Shown here piece after piece: positions 27,166 to 37,611 of a stretch of DNA of 64,000 nucleotides; the first letter of the stretch is position 1, and every line of letters begins with the position of its first letter. The translations under genes and the position numbers were made by a program. Source of the stretch: a bacterium (lineage in GTDB: Bacteria > Bacillota_I > Bacilli_A > RFN20 > CAG-288); assembly GCA_963612025.1 (NCBI GenBank), contig CAVDUB010000003.1, positions 37,235-101,234 of the forward strand. The letters run 5' to 3'. The notes under the pieces were generated by a model that searched no databases, was not told the DNA's origin, and saw only the letters and a program-made list of their open reading frames with translations.

Positions 27166-29805
27166 ATGGATGAACAATTAGAACTGCAAACCAGCGAAGT
27201 ATTCAACAAATTATTGGAGAAGGTCAGAAAAGCGCAGGAAGCTTATTCCACCTATACCCAGGAACAAGTCGATAGAATTTTCCAGGCTGCTGCCATTGCC
27301 GCCAACAAGGCTCGTATTCCGCTTGCCAAGGAAGCGGTCGAAGAAACCGGCATGGGTGTCTTGGAAGACAAAGTCATGAAGAACCATTTTGCCGCCGAAT
27401 ACATTTATAATGCCTATCGTCATTCGAAAACATGCGATGTTCTCGAATCGGATGAAGACAACGGATATCAGACGATTGCCGAGCCTTTGGGTGTCTTAGG
27501 TGGCATTGTCCCAACGACCAACCCGACCGCCACGGTCATCTTCAAGTCCCTTCTTGCCCTCAAGACAAGAAATGGCATCATCTTCTCACCCCATCCAAGA
27601 GCGACGAAATGCACGATCCATGCCGCCCAGATCATTCTGGATGCTGCTGTCAAAGCCGGAGCCCCTGAAGGTATCATCGGTTGGATTGAAAAGCCATCCA
27701 TTGAAGCCTCTGGCTTGTTGATGAAGTCTTGCGACTGCATTTTGGCAACCGGTGGCCCAGGTATGGTCACTGCTGCCTATTCCTCTGGAAAACCGGCAAT
27801 CGGTGTCGGCCCTGGCAATGCCCCGACCATCATCGATGATTCTGCCGATGTCAAGATGGCTGTTTCTTCGGTCATCCATTCGAAGACCTTCGATAACGGT
27901 ATGATCTGTGCCTCGGAAAACTCGGTCATTGCCTTGAAGGGTATCTATGATGCCGTCAAGGAAGAATTCATTTACCGCGGCTGCCATTTCCTGAACAAGG
28001 AAGAACTTGAAAAGGTCAGAAAGACGATTATCATCCATGGTGCCATCAATGCCAAGATTGTTGGCCAAAGTGCCTACAAAGTCGCTCAAATGGCTGGATT
28101 CGAAGTTCCGGAATCGACTAAGATTTTGATTGGCGAAGTCGAAAAAGTCGATCTGAGCGAAGAATTTGCCCATGAGAAGCTTTGTCCGGTTCTTGCCATG
28201 TACAAGGCTGAAGATTTCACGGATGCCTTAAGCAAAGCCAAAGTCCTTCTCAAGGCCGGCTGGGGACATACCGCGGATCTTTATTGCGATGTCTTGAATC
28301 ATCATGACCTCATCGATCGCTTCAAGAATGAAATGCAGGCTTGCCGTCTTTTGGTCAATACTCCTTCCTCTTTAGGCGGCATCGGCGATATCTACAACTT
28401 CAGAATCAAGCCTTCCTTGACTCTGGGATGCGGTTCCTGGGGTGGAAACTCTGTTTCTGGACAGGTTGGCATCGAAAATCTTTTGAACGTAAAAACATTG
28501 GCAATAAGGAGAGAAAATATGCTTTGGTTCAGAACTCCGAGCAAGATCTTCTTCAAGCCTGGATGCTTGAATAAGGCTTTGGAAGAATTGAAATACGTCT
28601 ATGATAAGAAGAGAGTCTTGATTGTCACCGATAAGTTCCTATTCACTTCGGGAATGGCAAATAAGGTGGTCGCTCCTCTTCAGAGATTGGGCATTCAGAC
28701 GGAAATCTATTCCAATGTCGCACCCGATCCGACTCTTGCCTGTGCAGAGGAAATCGTTTCTGTCTGCAAATTCTTCATGCCGGATGTCATCATTGCTCTC
28801 GGTGGCGGTTCTCCGATGGATGCTGCAAAGATTGCCTGGGTCATGTATGAACATCCCGAGGTCAGCTTCGAAGATATGGCGATGGATTTCATGGATATCA
28901 GAAAGAGAGTCATCTCCTTCCCGAAACTCGGAGAAAAGGCCATGCTTGTCTGCGTCCCGACCACAGCCGGTACCGGTTCGGAAGTCACTCCTTTTGCCAT
29001 CATCACTGATCAGAAGGATGGAACGAAATATCCGATCACAGACTATGAATTGATGCCGAATATGGCCATCGTCGATTCGGATTTGATGCTCAACATTCCG
29101 AAGGGGTTGACGAAGGCTTCGGGTATCGATGCTTTGACCCACTGCATGGAAGCCTATGCTTCGATGTATGCGACGCCATTCAGCGATGCGATGGCAAAAG
29201 AAGGCATTCTTGAAATCTTCAACTATCTCCCGAGAGCCTATCACAATGGTGCGACTGATCCGGAAGCCAGAGAACATATGGCTCATGCCGCCACAATCGC
29301 CGGTATCGCCTTTGCCAATGCCTTCTTAGGAATCGATCATTCCATGGGACATAAGCTTGGTGCCTATCATCATCTTCCACATGGCATCTGCGTCTCGTTG
29401 ATGCTGGATGAAGTCATGAAGTATAATGCCGGTGAGCAGCCGACCAAGATGGGAACCTTCCCACAGTATAAATATCCACATACCTTAAGAAGATATTGTG
29501 AGATTGCGGAGATGCTCGGCATCACAGGAAAGACAGACGAAATCAAGTTTAAGAAACTCATCGAAAAGATCGATGAACTCAAGAAAGATATCGAACTTCC
29601 TTTGACAATCAAGGAAGCCGGTGTCGATGAGGCAAAATTCCTCGAGAATCTCGATGAAATGAGCGAGGCCGCTTTCAATGACCAGTGCACGGGTGCCAAC
29701 CCACGCTATCCTTTGATTTCTGAATTAAAAGAAATCTATCTCAAAGCTTTTTACGGCGAAGAGGTGTATAATAAGAATAAGAAAGCACTTACAAAGGAGA
29801 ACTGA
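27166..29805 (+). CDS. adhE: Bifunctional acetaldehyde-CoA / alcohol dehydrogenase
   Basis: Aldehyde-DH N-domain, GGGSPMD, and an Fe-ADH C-domain with a 'GxxHxxAHxxG'-type motif. AGGAGG RBS lies 9 nt before ATG 27166; the listed 27031 start is an upstream extension. Confidence 0.9.
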   Translation: MDEQLELQTSEVFNKLLEKVRKAQEAYSTYTQEQVDRIFQAAAIAANKARIPLAKEAVEETGMGVLEDKVMKNHFAAEYIYNAYRHSKTCDVLESDEDNGYQTIAEPLGVLGGIVPTTNPTATVIFKSLLALKTRNGIIFSPHPRATKCTIHAAQIILDAAVKAGAPEGIIGWIEKPSIEASGLLMKSCDCILATGGPGMVTAAYSSGKPAIGVGPGNAPTIIDDSADVKMAVSSVIHSKTFDNGMICASENSVIALKGIYDAVKEEFIYRGCHFLNKEELEKVRKTIIIHGAINAKIVGQSAYKVAQMAGFEVPESTKILIGEVEKVDLSEEFAHEKLCPVLAMYKAEDFTDALSKAKVLLKAGWGHTADLYCDVLNHHDLIDRFKNEMQACRLLVNTPSSLGGIGDIYNFRIKPSLTLGCGSWGGNSVSGQVGIENLLNVKTLAIRRENMLWFRTPSKIFFKPGCLNKALEELKYVYDKKRVLIVTDKFLFTSGMANKVVAPLQRLGIQTEIYSNVAPDPTLACAEEIVSVCKFFMPDVIIALGGGSPMDAAKIAWVMYEHPEVSFEDMAMDFMDIRKRVISFPKLGEKAMLVCVPTTAGTGSEVTPFAIITDQKDGTKYPITDYELMPNMAIVDSDLMLNIPKGLTKASGIDALTHCMEAYASMYATPFSDAMAKEGILEIFNYLPRAYHNGATDPEAREHMAHAATIAGIAFANAFLGIDHSMGHKLGAYHHLPHGICVSLMLDEVMKYNAGEQPTKMGTFPQYKYPHTLRRYCEIAEMLGITGKTDEIKFKKLIEKIDELKKDIELPLTIKEAGVDEAKFLENLDEMSEAAFNDQCTGANPRYPLISELKEIYLKAFYGEEVYNKNKKALTKEN

Positions 29806-29808
29806 TCC

Positions 29809-30576
29809 ATGGCTACTAGAGAATTAGGCGAATTGGTTGTCGAACACAACCATAAGAAGATTTTTGTCAAAGATGGCGTCATCACAAAGGTTTTCGACCA
29901 TAAATTCTATGATGGTTCCTTTGCGATGAAGGAAGCAATGTATCAGCAATATGCTTACGAAAGCAAGATTTCCGTTCCGGAAGTCTACGAAGTCTTCCGT
30001 GTTGGCGATGACTGGGCCTTTTCTTCCCAGGAAATCAAGGGAAAGACCCTTGCCCAGATGATGAAGGAAGATCCGGAGAACAAGAAGAAATATGTCGTCG
30101 AATTGGTGAAAATCCATATTCAGCTTCTTTCCCGTCTTTCCTCCAACCTGATGCTTCCGAAACTCAAGGACAAACTCAATGCCTACATCTCGGATTCCGG
30201 ATTGTCTTCCTCAACTCGATATGATCTTCATGTCAAACTTGAGAAAATGCCGAACCACTACAAGTTCTGCCATGGCGATTTCTATCCACAGAACATCATT
30301 TTCGATGAATCGGGAAAATATTACATCCTCGATTGGGCTCATGTGACAAGAGGCAATGCCTCAGCCGATGCAGCCATGACATATCTTCTCTTCTTGTTAG
30401 ATGGCGATGAAAAATCAGCCAACACCTATCTCAAGGAATTCTGCAAGAAGACTTATACGAATGCAAATTATGTTCAGCAGTGGATTTCTGTCTGCTCTGC
30501 TGCGAGACTCAAGGCTGTTCAGGATGAAGCTCAGAAGAAACTTCTTCTGGACAACATTGATGTCGTCGAATATTGA
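29809..30576 (+). CDS. Phosphotransferase of the APH / choline-kinase-like family
   Basis: 'HGDFYPQNIIF' (Brenner HGD motif) and 'ILDWAHV' (DxD-like). It starts 3 nt after the adhE stop. Confidence 0.6.
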   Translation: MATRELGELVVEHNHKKIFVKDGVITKVFDHKFYDGSFAMKEAMYQQYAYESKISVPEVYEVFRVGDDWAFSSQEIKGKTLAQMMKEDPENKKKYVVELVKIHIQLLSRLSSNLMLPKLKDKLNAYISDSGLSSSTRYDLHVKLEKMPNHYKFCHGDFYPQNIIFDESGKYYILDWAHVTRGNASADAAMTYLLFLLDGDEKSANTYLKEFCKKTYTNANYVQQWISVCSAARLKAVQDEAQKKLLLDNIDVVEY

Positions 30577-30593
30577 GAGTCCCCCTTTTCCAT

Positions 30594-30624
30594 AAAAAAA
30601 GCAGTCCGTTTGGACTGCTTTTTT
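30594..30624. terminator. Bidirectional terminator (A7-GCAGTCC-gttt-GGACTGC-T6) between the APH gene and the MIF-like gene
   Basis: Read directly. Confidence 0.6.
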
Positions 30625-30643
30625 GGTCATGTTTTTTCTTTTT

Positions 30644-30985
30644 CTAGAAATTGCTTCCGTTCCATCCCCAAGAGGGCGTCTCTTCATATTCGACGTAGAT
30701 ACGATCTGGCTTAATCTTCAAAATATTTGCGACTTCCTTGGTCAATGCTTCCGTTAGGGAATCGTAGGAGATTCTTCCTCCTTCGTGATAGACCTTGACT
30801 TCCAAGATGGCACAAGCCTCGTCGCTTCCCTGGAAATAGAGTTTTCTTTCATCTTCAATTTCGACCATGAGCCAGGCTTCGCTCTTCCCAGGAAGCAGAG
30901 AAATTTTCTTTCCGAAAATATCTTTTAGTATGATTTCCTCCTCTTTGGTGACGCTCTTGTTTGTCTTCAATTGGATATAGGGCAT
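30644..30985 (-). CDS. MIF (macrophage migration inhibitory factor)-like tautomerase
   Basis: 'MPYIQLKTNKSV...' has Pro-1 after the initiator Met, like MIF 'MPMFIVNTNVPR'. The C-terminal 'PDRIYVEYEETPSWGWNGSNF' is close to MIF '[23 protein letters not shown]'. AGAAGGAGG RBS precedes ATG 30985, so the listed 31021 start is an extension. Confidence 0.6.
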   Translation of the reverse strand: MPYIQLKTNKSVTKEEEIILKDIFGKKISLLPGKSEAWLMVEIEDERKLYFQGSDEACAILEVKVYHEGGRISYDSLTEALTKEVANILKIKPDRIYVEYEETPSWGWNGSNF

Positions 30986-31188
30986 ATTTCGCCTCCTTCT
31001 GATAAAAATATCATAAGGCATGAAAGAAGAAAAAACGACATAAAGTATCGTTGAAAATGAAAATGTTTGTTTTTGATTGCTTATGTTCGAAATATGCTTG
31101 TATTATGCTTTTTTATCAATCGAATTGTCAAAAACGATTTTTAAACCGGTTTCATGGTATCATATAACCAATGAAAAGGATGGGAAAA

Positions 31189-32628
31189 ATGAAAGTCATT
31201 TCGATTGACCTTGGGGCGACAAGCGGAAGAGTGATGACGGTATCTTACGAAGAAGGAAAAATCTCTTACGAGGAAAATTATCGTTTTGAGAATCGAACGT
31301 ATCTCGATGAAAAAGGCATTCTTCGTTGGGATTTTCAATTCCTGATAGGGAATGTCCTCTCAGGCCTAAAGAAGGCGCTTGGAGCACATCCGGATTGCAA
31401 GTCGATTTCCATCGATACATGGGCGGTGGATTATGGACTTTTAAAGGACGGAAAATTGCTCTTTGATCCAATCTGCTATCGGGATGTCCATTCTTTTGAA
31501 GCTCAAGAGAAGGTGCTCCGTAGAATGCGATTTGAAAACATCTATCAGAAAGTTGGCATTCAGAACCTTCATTTCAATACAATCTACCAGCTTGCCGCAA
31601 ATCAAGAGGAAATTGCAAAAGCGGATTGTCTCTTGATGATTCCAGACCTAATTGCCTATTTCCTCACAGGCGAGAGGAGAATTGAACAGACAAATGCATC
31701 GACAACATCTCTTTATTCTCTGGGACAGGATGGATTTGATGCTTCGCTGCTCGAACTTATCCATGTTCCAAGGGAAATCTTTCCAAAGATGATTTATCCT
31801 GGAGAAATCTATGGAAAACTTAAAAGAGATATCTATGATCTCGATATTCCTGTCATTGCATGCTGTAGCCATGATACGGCGAGCGCAGTCTTGGGCTGTT
31901 CCGGAGAGAATCATTTTGCCTATCTTTCGTCTGGGACCTGGTCTTTGATCGGAACAGAACTGAAACATACGTTGATTAATGAAGAAGGTCGAAAAACGAA
32001 TTTTACCAATGAGGTCGGATATGGAAATACCATTCGTTTTCTTAAGAATACAATGGGAATGTTTTTAATCAATGAAATTCGAAATGACTTTAAAAAGAAT
32101 GGTAAAAATATAACGGTAGATGAAATCTACAATCTTGTCTCTAAAAGTAAAGATGTTCCATCAGTGCTCGATGTGAATGCTCCATTGTTTGAGACACCAG
32201 GAAATATGATTTGGAAGGTGAATTCCTATCTTGAGAAGACGAATCAGGAAAAGCCTTCGACAGAGGGGGAAATGTTTCGTCTCATCTATAAATCCATGGC
32301 ACTTTCCTATCGGGATGTCATTCATCATCTCGAAAATTTAACGGGCGAGAAGTTTACATCCATTCTGGTTGTGGGCGGTGGAAATAAGGCAACGTATCTG
32401 AATCAGGCTTTCGCCGATGCTGTCAATCGAAAAGTGGAAACCGGTGCAAGCGAAGCCACGGTTGTTGGAAATGCCTTCGCTCAGTTTCTCTCCCTCGGTG
32501 TAATCAGGAACGTAACAGAAGGCAGAAGAATCATCAAGGATTCGTTTGAATGCCAATCATTCTTTCCAAAGAATTCGAAATATTACGATGATGAATATCG
32601 ACGTTATCAGGAAATTTGTGCAAAATAA
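31189..32628 (+). CDS. rhaB: Rhamnulokinase
   Basis: 'ISIDLGATSGRV' and an FGGY-kinase fold, adjacent to rhaA and rhaD. Confidence 0.8.
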   Translation: MKVISIDLGATSGRVMTVSYEEGKISYEENYRFENRTYLDEKGILRWDFQFLIGNVLSGLKKALGAHPDCKSISIDTWAVDYGLLKDGKLLFDPICYRDVHSFEAQEKVLRRMRFENIYQKVGIQNLHFNTIYQLAANQEEIAKADCLLMIPDLIAYFLTGERRIEQTNASTTSLYSLGQDGFDASLLELIHVPREIFPKMIYPGEIYGKLKRDIYDLDIPVIACCSHDTASAVLGCSGENHFAYLSSGTWSLIGTELKHTLINEEGRKTNFTNEVGYGNTIRFLKNTMGMFLINEIRNDFKKNGKNITVDEIYNLVSKSKDVPSVLDVNAPLFETPGNMIWKVNSYLEKTNQEKPSTEGEMFRLIYKSMALSYRDVIHHLENLTGEKFTSILVVGGGNKATYLNQAFADAVNRKVETGASEATVVGNAFAQFLSLGVIRNVTEGRRIIKDSFECQSFFPKNSKYYDDEYRRYQEICAK

Positions 32629-32641
32629 AGGAGAAAATGAA

Positions 32642-33901
32642 ATGTCTATCGAGGAAAATTATCGCTTAGCCAAAGAAGAATTCGAAAAGATAGGTGTTGA
32701 TACGGAAGAGGCTATCAACAAGGTGATGGGAATTCCTCTCTCTGTCCATTGCTGGCAGGGAGATGATGTTTTGGGCTTGGAAGGAAATTTGACGCTGGAA
32801 GGCGGAATTCAGACGACCGGGAATTATCTCGGAAGGGCAAGAAATAAGGAAGAATTGATGGCGGATATTAAAAAAGCCTTTTCTCTTATGCCGGGAAAAA
32901 AGAGACTCAATCTTCATGCGTCCTATGCGATACTTGGGGATGACCTCGGAAAAGTGGACCGTGATCAATATACCTACAAATATTTCGAACCATGGGTTGA
33001 TTTTGCAAAACAGATAGGTTTGGATGGCATCGACTTCAATCCGACTTTCTTTTCTTCTTCGAAGGTCAAGGATAATCTCACTCTTTCCAGCCTAGACGAA
33101 AAGACAAGAAGATTCTGGATTGAACATGGAAAAAGATGTCTGGAAATATCCTCGGAATTGGGAAAATCATTCAATAAGCCATGCATGATGAATATCTGGA
33201 TTCCGGATGGGTTCAAGGATGTCCCAGCCGATCGATATTCTCCAAGAAAGAGATTGGTTGAATCCCTCGATGAGATACTCTCTTCAAAAGGTTGGAATCA
33301 TGATTATGTGATTCCGACGGTTGAATCAAAGGTCTTTGGCATTGGCGTCGAATCGATGACCGTGGGAAACAGTGAATTCTATCAGAATTATGCTTCGACG
33401 AGAAACATCACCTGCTTGATGGATATGGGGCATTATCATCCGACAGAAGTTGTTTCGGATAAAATTCCATCTATGCTCTGTTTTTATGATAAAATAGCAC
33501 TCCATGTCTCTCGTCCTGTTCGATGGGATTCGGATCATGTTGTCTTATTTGATGATGAACTGAAGGAAGTCGCTAAGGAAATCATTCGCAATCATGCTGA
33601 AAAGAAGGTGTTGATCGGATTGGATTATTTTGATGCTTCCATCAATCGCATTTCAGCTTGGGTTACGGGAGAGAGAAGCATGGAGAAAGCACTTCTTTAT
33701 GCCGCTGTTCTTCCAAATGAGGAAATGGCAAAATTGCAGGATGAAGCGAATTTCACAAAATTGATGATTCTTCAGGAAAAAGCAAAGATGTTGCCTTTTG
33801 GCGCTATCTGGGATGAATATCTGAGAAGACAAAATCTCTCGGATGATTATTATGAAGATGTTATGCAGTATGAAAAAGACATCTTAACGAAGAGGAAATA
33901 A
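32642..33901 (+). CDS. rhaA: L-rhamnose isomerase
   Basis: A 420-aa RhaA-like protein with 'SVHCWQGDD' and 'MDMGHYHPTE'. AAGGAG RBS precedes ATG 32642. Confidence 0.85.
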   Translation: MSIEENYRLAKEEFEKIGVDTEEAINKVMGIPLSVHCWQGDDVLGLEGNLTLEGGIQTTGNYLGRARNKEELMADIKKAFSLMPGKKRLNLHASYAILGDDLGKVDRDQYTYKYFEPWVDFAKQIGLDGIDFNPTFFSSSKVKDNLTLSSLDEKTRRFWIEHGKRCLEISSELGKSFNKPCMMNIWIPDGFKDVPADRYSPRKRLVESLDEILSSKGWNHDYVIPTVESKVFGIGVESMTVGNSEFYQNYASTRNITCLMDMGHYHPTEVVSDKIPSMLCFYDKIALHVSRPVRWDSDHVVLFDDELKEVAKEIIRNHAEKKVLIGLDYFDASINRISAWVTGERSMEKALLYAAVLPNEEMAKLQDEANFTKLMILQEKAKMLPFGAIWDEYLRRQNLSDDYYEDVMQYEKDILTKRK

Positions 33902-33904
33902 AAG

Positions 33905-34756
33905 ATGAAAGATATTTTAACAGCACCATTTCTCGTCGAATTTGTCAAAACAGCGAGCAATATGTATCGCCTTGGTTGGGATGAGAGAAACGGAGGAAAT
34001 ATCTCTTATCTCCTCAAGGAAGAGGAATTGAAGGACTATCTTGACCTTGGGAAAGTCATCCGAGTCATACCGATGGCAGGCATTCTCAAATCAGATCTTG
34101 ATTTCACTCCTTTGATTGGAAAATATTTCCTTGTGACAGGAACCGGAAAATATTTCAAGAACGTCGAAAGCGATCCTGAAAATTGTCTTGGCATTTTCCG
34201 TATTGCCCCGGATGGAAAAAGTGTTGAATTGCTTTGGGGATATCAGGATGGCGGAAGATTCACGAGTGAACTGCCCGCCCATTTGATGAGCCATATGGCA
34301 AGACTGAAAGTCGATAAGGAAAATCGGGTTGTCATGCATTGCCATCCGACAAATATTCTGGCGATGACTTATGTGCATCCACTCGATGAAAAAAGTTTTT
34401 CACATACATTGTGGACAATGTCGACAGAATGCGTTGTCGTTTTTCCAGAGGGCGTTGGCGTTCTTCCTTGGATGCTTTGTGGAACCGATGAAATCGGTAT
34501 TGCAACAGCAAAAAAGATGAATGATTTCCGTATAGTTCTCTGGGCCAATCATGGCATCTATGGCGCTGGAAAGAACTTGGACGAGACCTTCGGACTGATT
34601 GAGACGGTCGAAAAATCGGCGCAGATTTACAACCTTATCGGCAATCGTCCGATTCTGAACAATATTTCAGATGAGAATATGGTCGAATTGATTCATATCT
34701 TCAAAATTGAGAATCAAGTTCGTTGGGAATTTCTGGATGTCAAAAAAGAAAACTGA
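33905..34756 (+). CDS. rhaD: Rhamnulose-1-phosphate aldolase (class II aldolase/adducin fold)
   Basis: 'MHCHPTNILAMT' and 'WANHGIYGAG' motifs. Confidence 0.8.
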   Translation: MKDILTAPFLVEFVKTASNMYRLGWDERNGGNISYLLKEEELKDYLDLGKVIRVIPMAGILKSDLDFTPLIGKYFLVTGTGKYFKNVESDPENCLGIFRIAPDGKSVELLWGYQDGGRFTSELPAHLMSHMARLKVDKENRVVMHCHPTNILAMTYVHPLDEKSFSHTLWTMSTECVVVFPEGVGVLPWMLCGTDEIGIATAKKMNDFRIVLWANHGIYGAGKNLDETFGLIETVEKSAQIYNLIGNRPILNNISDENMVELIHIFKIENQVRWEFLDVKKEN

Positions 34757-34965
34757 ATTCTTTTGTTTTGACAATTTCCTCTTCCGATAAAATGCATTCA
34801 AAAAGCGATTGAATTCTCCGTATGATTCTTCTTGAATCTCGGATGAATCATCGCTTTTTTTCATGTCAAAAAAATAAAGAAAAAACCGGAAGAACCGGTC
34901 TTTTCCAAGATGACAATATAGGATGTCGCTTCGAATTGGTTAAATGCGAACAACCAATTTGTATT

Positions 34966-37533
34966 TTATTTTGAAAGAACACAACTTTTTGTATGGTTTC
35001 CTTGTTTGAGTTCCATTTCACTTCCGTCTGGAAGAACAAGATGACATGTGGTAAACAAGGGAACATGGACGACAATCTGAAAGTCTGTTTCTTTCTTTTC
35101 CCATCGGACATAGATTTCTCCATAGGGTGAGATTGTTTTTGTTTCTGCAAAGGTCAGGTCTCCGCCTAGGATTGGACGGACTTCGAATGATTTATAGCCC
35201 GGTTCCCTGATGCGAAGACCGGCGATTCTCGTATAGAGGAATTCGCCGACGGACCCAGAGGCATAATGGTCAAAGGAAATCATATTTCCTGTGCCGTCCT
35301 TGCTTGGACGGACCGTGCCGTCTTCATTCATGCCATCGAATTTTTCCCAGATGGTCGTTCCGCCGACCTTGACATTGTATAACCAAGAAGGGGCTTTGGT
35401 ATTCAAGAGCATCTTATAGGCAATGTCTGCATATCCGTTGTCAATCAGGACAAATAGGATATAGGGTGTCCCCGGGAATCCGGTCATGATGCAATAGTCG
35501 TTCTTTTTGATGAGGGAGACAAGATTTTCCAATGCGTTTTTCTTATCTTCGTTTTCGAGCATATCGAAGGCAAGGGGGAGAACATATCCTGTTTGGAATT
35601 CCTTCTTCTTTAGTTTCCCCTTCTTCATCAGAATGGTGCGATAGGCTTCTTTGACTTTTTCAGACAGTTTCTTATAGTCGGCTTCATCCTCTTTCTTGCC
35701 GAGAATGGATGCGATTTTGCTTAAAAGAGCGCTGCATCGGCAAAGGCTTGCTGTCGCTGTATATTTTGAACGTTTCTGCCATTCAGACATTTTGTCGACA
35801 TCGGGAGAGACCCAATCACCGAAGTGAAGGAAACTCGGTGTATGCCAGATGTAGCGATGTTTTCCGACACTAAGAAGATTCGCCCAGAATTTCTCGGCAT
35901 TGACGTATTTCTTCATGCAAGAATAGTATTCGGATAAAACTTGCCTATCGCCGGTGTTTTCATAGATGGAATATGGGACGGTCAAGATGCAGTCGCCCCA
36001 GAAATCAATGGCCATCTCTGGCATGGTCGCCGGCATTTTGTAGCCATGAATGGGAACAGTGGTCGGAATTCCGCCTGTCTTCAGCTGCTCGGATTTTACA
36101 TCGCGGAGCCATTTTTTTAAAAAACGGCTCATTTGGAAATTATAGCAGGCGGTATTGCTGAAGATGGAAATGTCACCTGTCCATCCCATTCTTTCATCTC
36201 TTTGTGGACAATCTGTTGGAATGTCCATGAAGTTGTTTCGGCTGGACCATAAGATATTCTCGTTGAGACGGTTGAGCATCTCGTTTGAGCATGAAAAAGA
36301 TCCAATTTCTGGAATTTCACTCGTCAGGTGATAGGCAAGGATTTCGACCTGATCGAGAGAGTCAATGCCGGAAATGGAGATATAGCGGAAACCCATGTAG
36401 GTGAATTCGGGAGTGTATTCCTGATTGCCTTCCTTGCAGATGTAAGTCAGAGTTGCTTTTGCGCTTCTCAATAAGGAGAGATCGAGATCGCCTTCTTTGT
36501 TGAGGACTTCAGCATGGTGGACGAGAATTTTTTGACCTTTCTTGGCATTCTTGATATTCAGATGGATGATGCCACAGAGATTCTGATGGAAGTCGAAAAG
36601 ATATTTGTCTTCAATTTTCTTCAAGAAGGTCGGCTTCAATGTGCATTTGACCTTTATGTCGCAGGAATCATCTAATATGAGGTGAGGCGAAAAACTTAAA
36701 GACATTGTACTTGCCTTGTGGTAGTCAGCGAGATTTGAGGTATCTCTTCGGCAATCAAAAGTTTCTCCATCGTATAGATCAGCCATACGATAGGGACCTT
36801 CTGTGGAGACAAGGAAGGATTCATCCGAGAAAAGCTTTTCCTCTTTTCCGTTCTCATATTTAAGCGAAAGAGAGAGGAGTAGACTTTGCTTTTTTTCATA
36901 GACTCGATTGACTCTCGTGAAGACAAAACTTCCAACAGCCCATCCTCCAGCTACGTGGACAACAATTTCATTTTCACCTTCTTTCAAATAATCTTTCAGG
37001 TCATATCGTTGATAGAGGAGATTCTTTTTATAAGAGGTGAAGCCAGGCTTTAGAAAAGAATCGGAGACCTTCTTGTGGTTGATTTCCAGCCGGTAGACAC
37101 CGATGGCTGTGATTGAAAGAAGAGCTTCCTTCAAAGAGGGAGAAATGGTGAATACCTTTTTGAAGGTCATTACTTTGGGTGAGACTTTCTTTTCTCTGAA
37201 GGTATAGGATGGATCGGTTATCCATTTTCCTTCGGAAAATGAATCTTTTTGGTTTCCGGTGGTGAAGAATAAATCCTGTTTGTCTGTATTTCCTTCCTTG
37301 TCATACACAACAAGCGTTGCCTGATACTGTGTATTGGGTTTCAGCTCTTCTCCCTCATATCGATGAAACACTTCTTTTTGGAGTGTTTTTTGATAGCCGT
37401 TGGACAATCGGAAAATGGCATGGGAAAAATCTTCCTCCTTTCCTTCATAGAAAAATGTGAAGAGAGGATGGGGATTATCGCTCTGGCTAGGACCTGGTCG
37501 TCCATCCATTTGGAAATTCTTGATTGTAATCAT
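34966..37533 (-). CDS. Alpha-L-rhamnosidase, glycoside hydrolase family 78
   Basis: An 855-aa protein with the typical GH78 N-terminal beta-sandwich and (alpha/alpha)6 catalytic region ('FMDIPTDCPQRDERMGWTGD'). Confidence 0.8.
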   Translation of the reverse strand: MITIKNFQMDGRPGPSQSDNPHPLFTFFYEGKEEDFSHAIFRLSNGYQKTLQKEVFHRYEGEELKPNTQYQATLVVYDKEGNTDKQDLFFTTGNQKDSFSEGKWITDPSYTFREKKVSPKVMTFKKVFTISPSLKEALLSITAIGVYRLEINHKKVSDSFLKPGFTSYKKNLLYQRYDLKDYLKEGENEIVVHVAGGWAVGSFVFTRVNRVYEKKQSLLLSLSLKYENGKEEKLFSDESFLVSTEGPYRMADLYDGETFDCRRDTSNLADYHKASTMSLSFSPHLILDDSCDIKVKCTLKPTFLKKIEDKYLFDFHQNLCGIIHLNIKNAKKGQKILVHHAEVLNKEGDLDLSLLRSAKATLTYICKEGNQEYTPEFTYMGFRYISISGIDSLDQVEILAYHLTSEIPEIGSFSCSNEMLNRLNENILWSSRNNFMDIPTDCPQRDERMGWTGDISIFSNTACYNFQMSRFLKKWLRDVKSEQLKTGGIPTTVPIHGYKMPATMPEMAIDFWGDCILTVPYSIYENTGDRQVLSEYYSCMKKYVNAEKFWANLLSVGKHRYIWHTPSFLHFGDWVSPDVDKMSEWQKRSKYTATASLCRCSALLSKIASILGKKEDEADYKKLSEKVKEAYRTILMKKGKLKKKEFQTGYVLPLAFDMLENEDKKNALENLVSLIKKNDYCIMTGFPGTPYILFVLIDNGYADIAYKMLLNTKAPSWLYNVKVGGTTIWEKFDGMNEDGTVRPSKDGTGNMISFDHYASGSVGEFLYTRIAGLRIREPGYKSFEVRPILGGDLTFAETKTISPYGEIYVRWEKKETDFQIVVHVPLFTTCHLVLPDGSEMELKQGNHTKSCVLSK

Positions 37534-37611
37534 ATGTAGGCTCCTTTTGATTGAATTCAGAAAAGTCTTCGCTGACGATGAAATCAGCGAAGACTGAAAA
37601 GGGGTTCTTGG

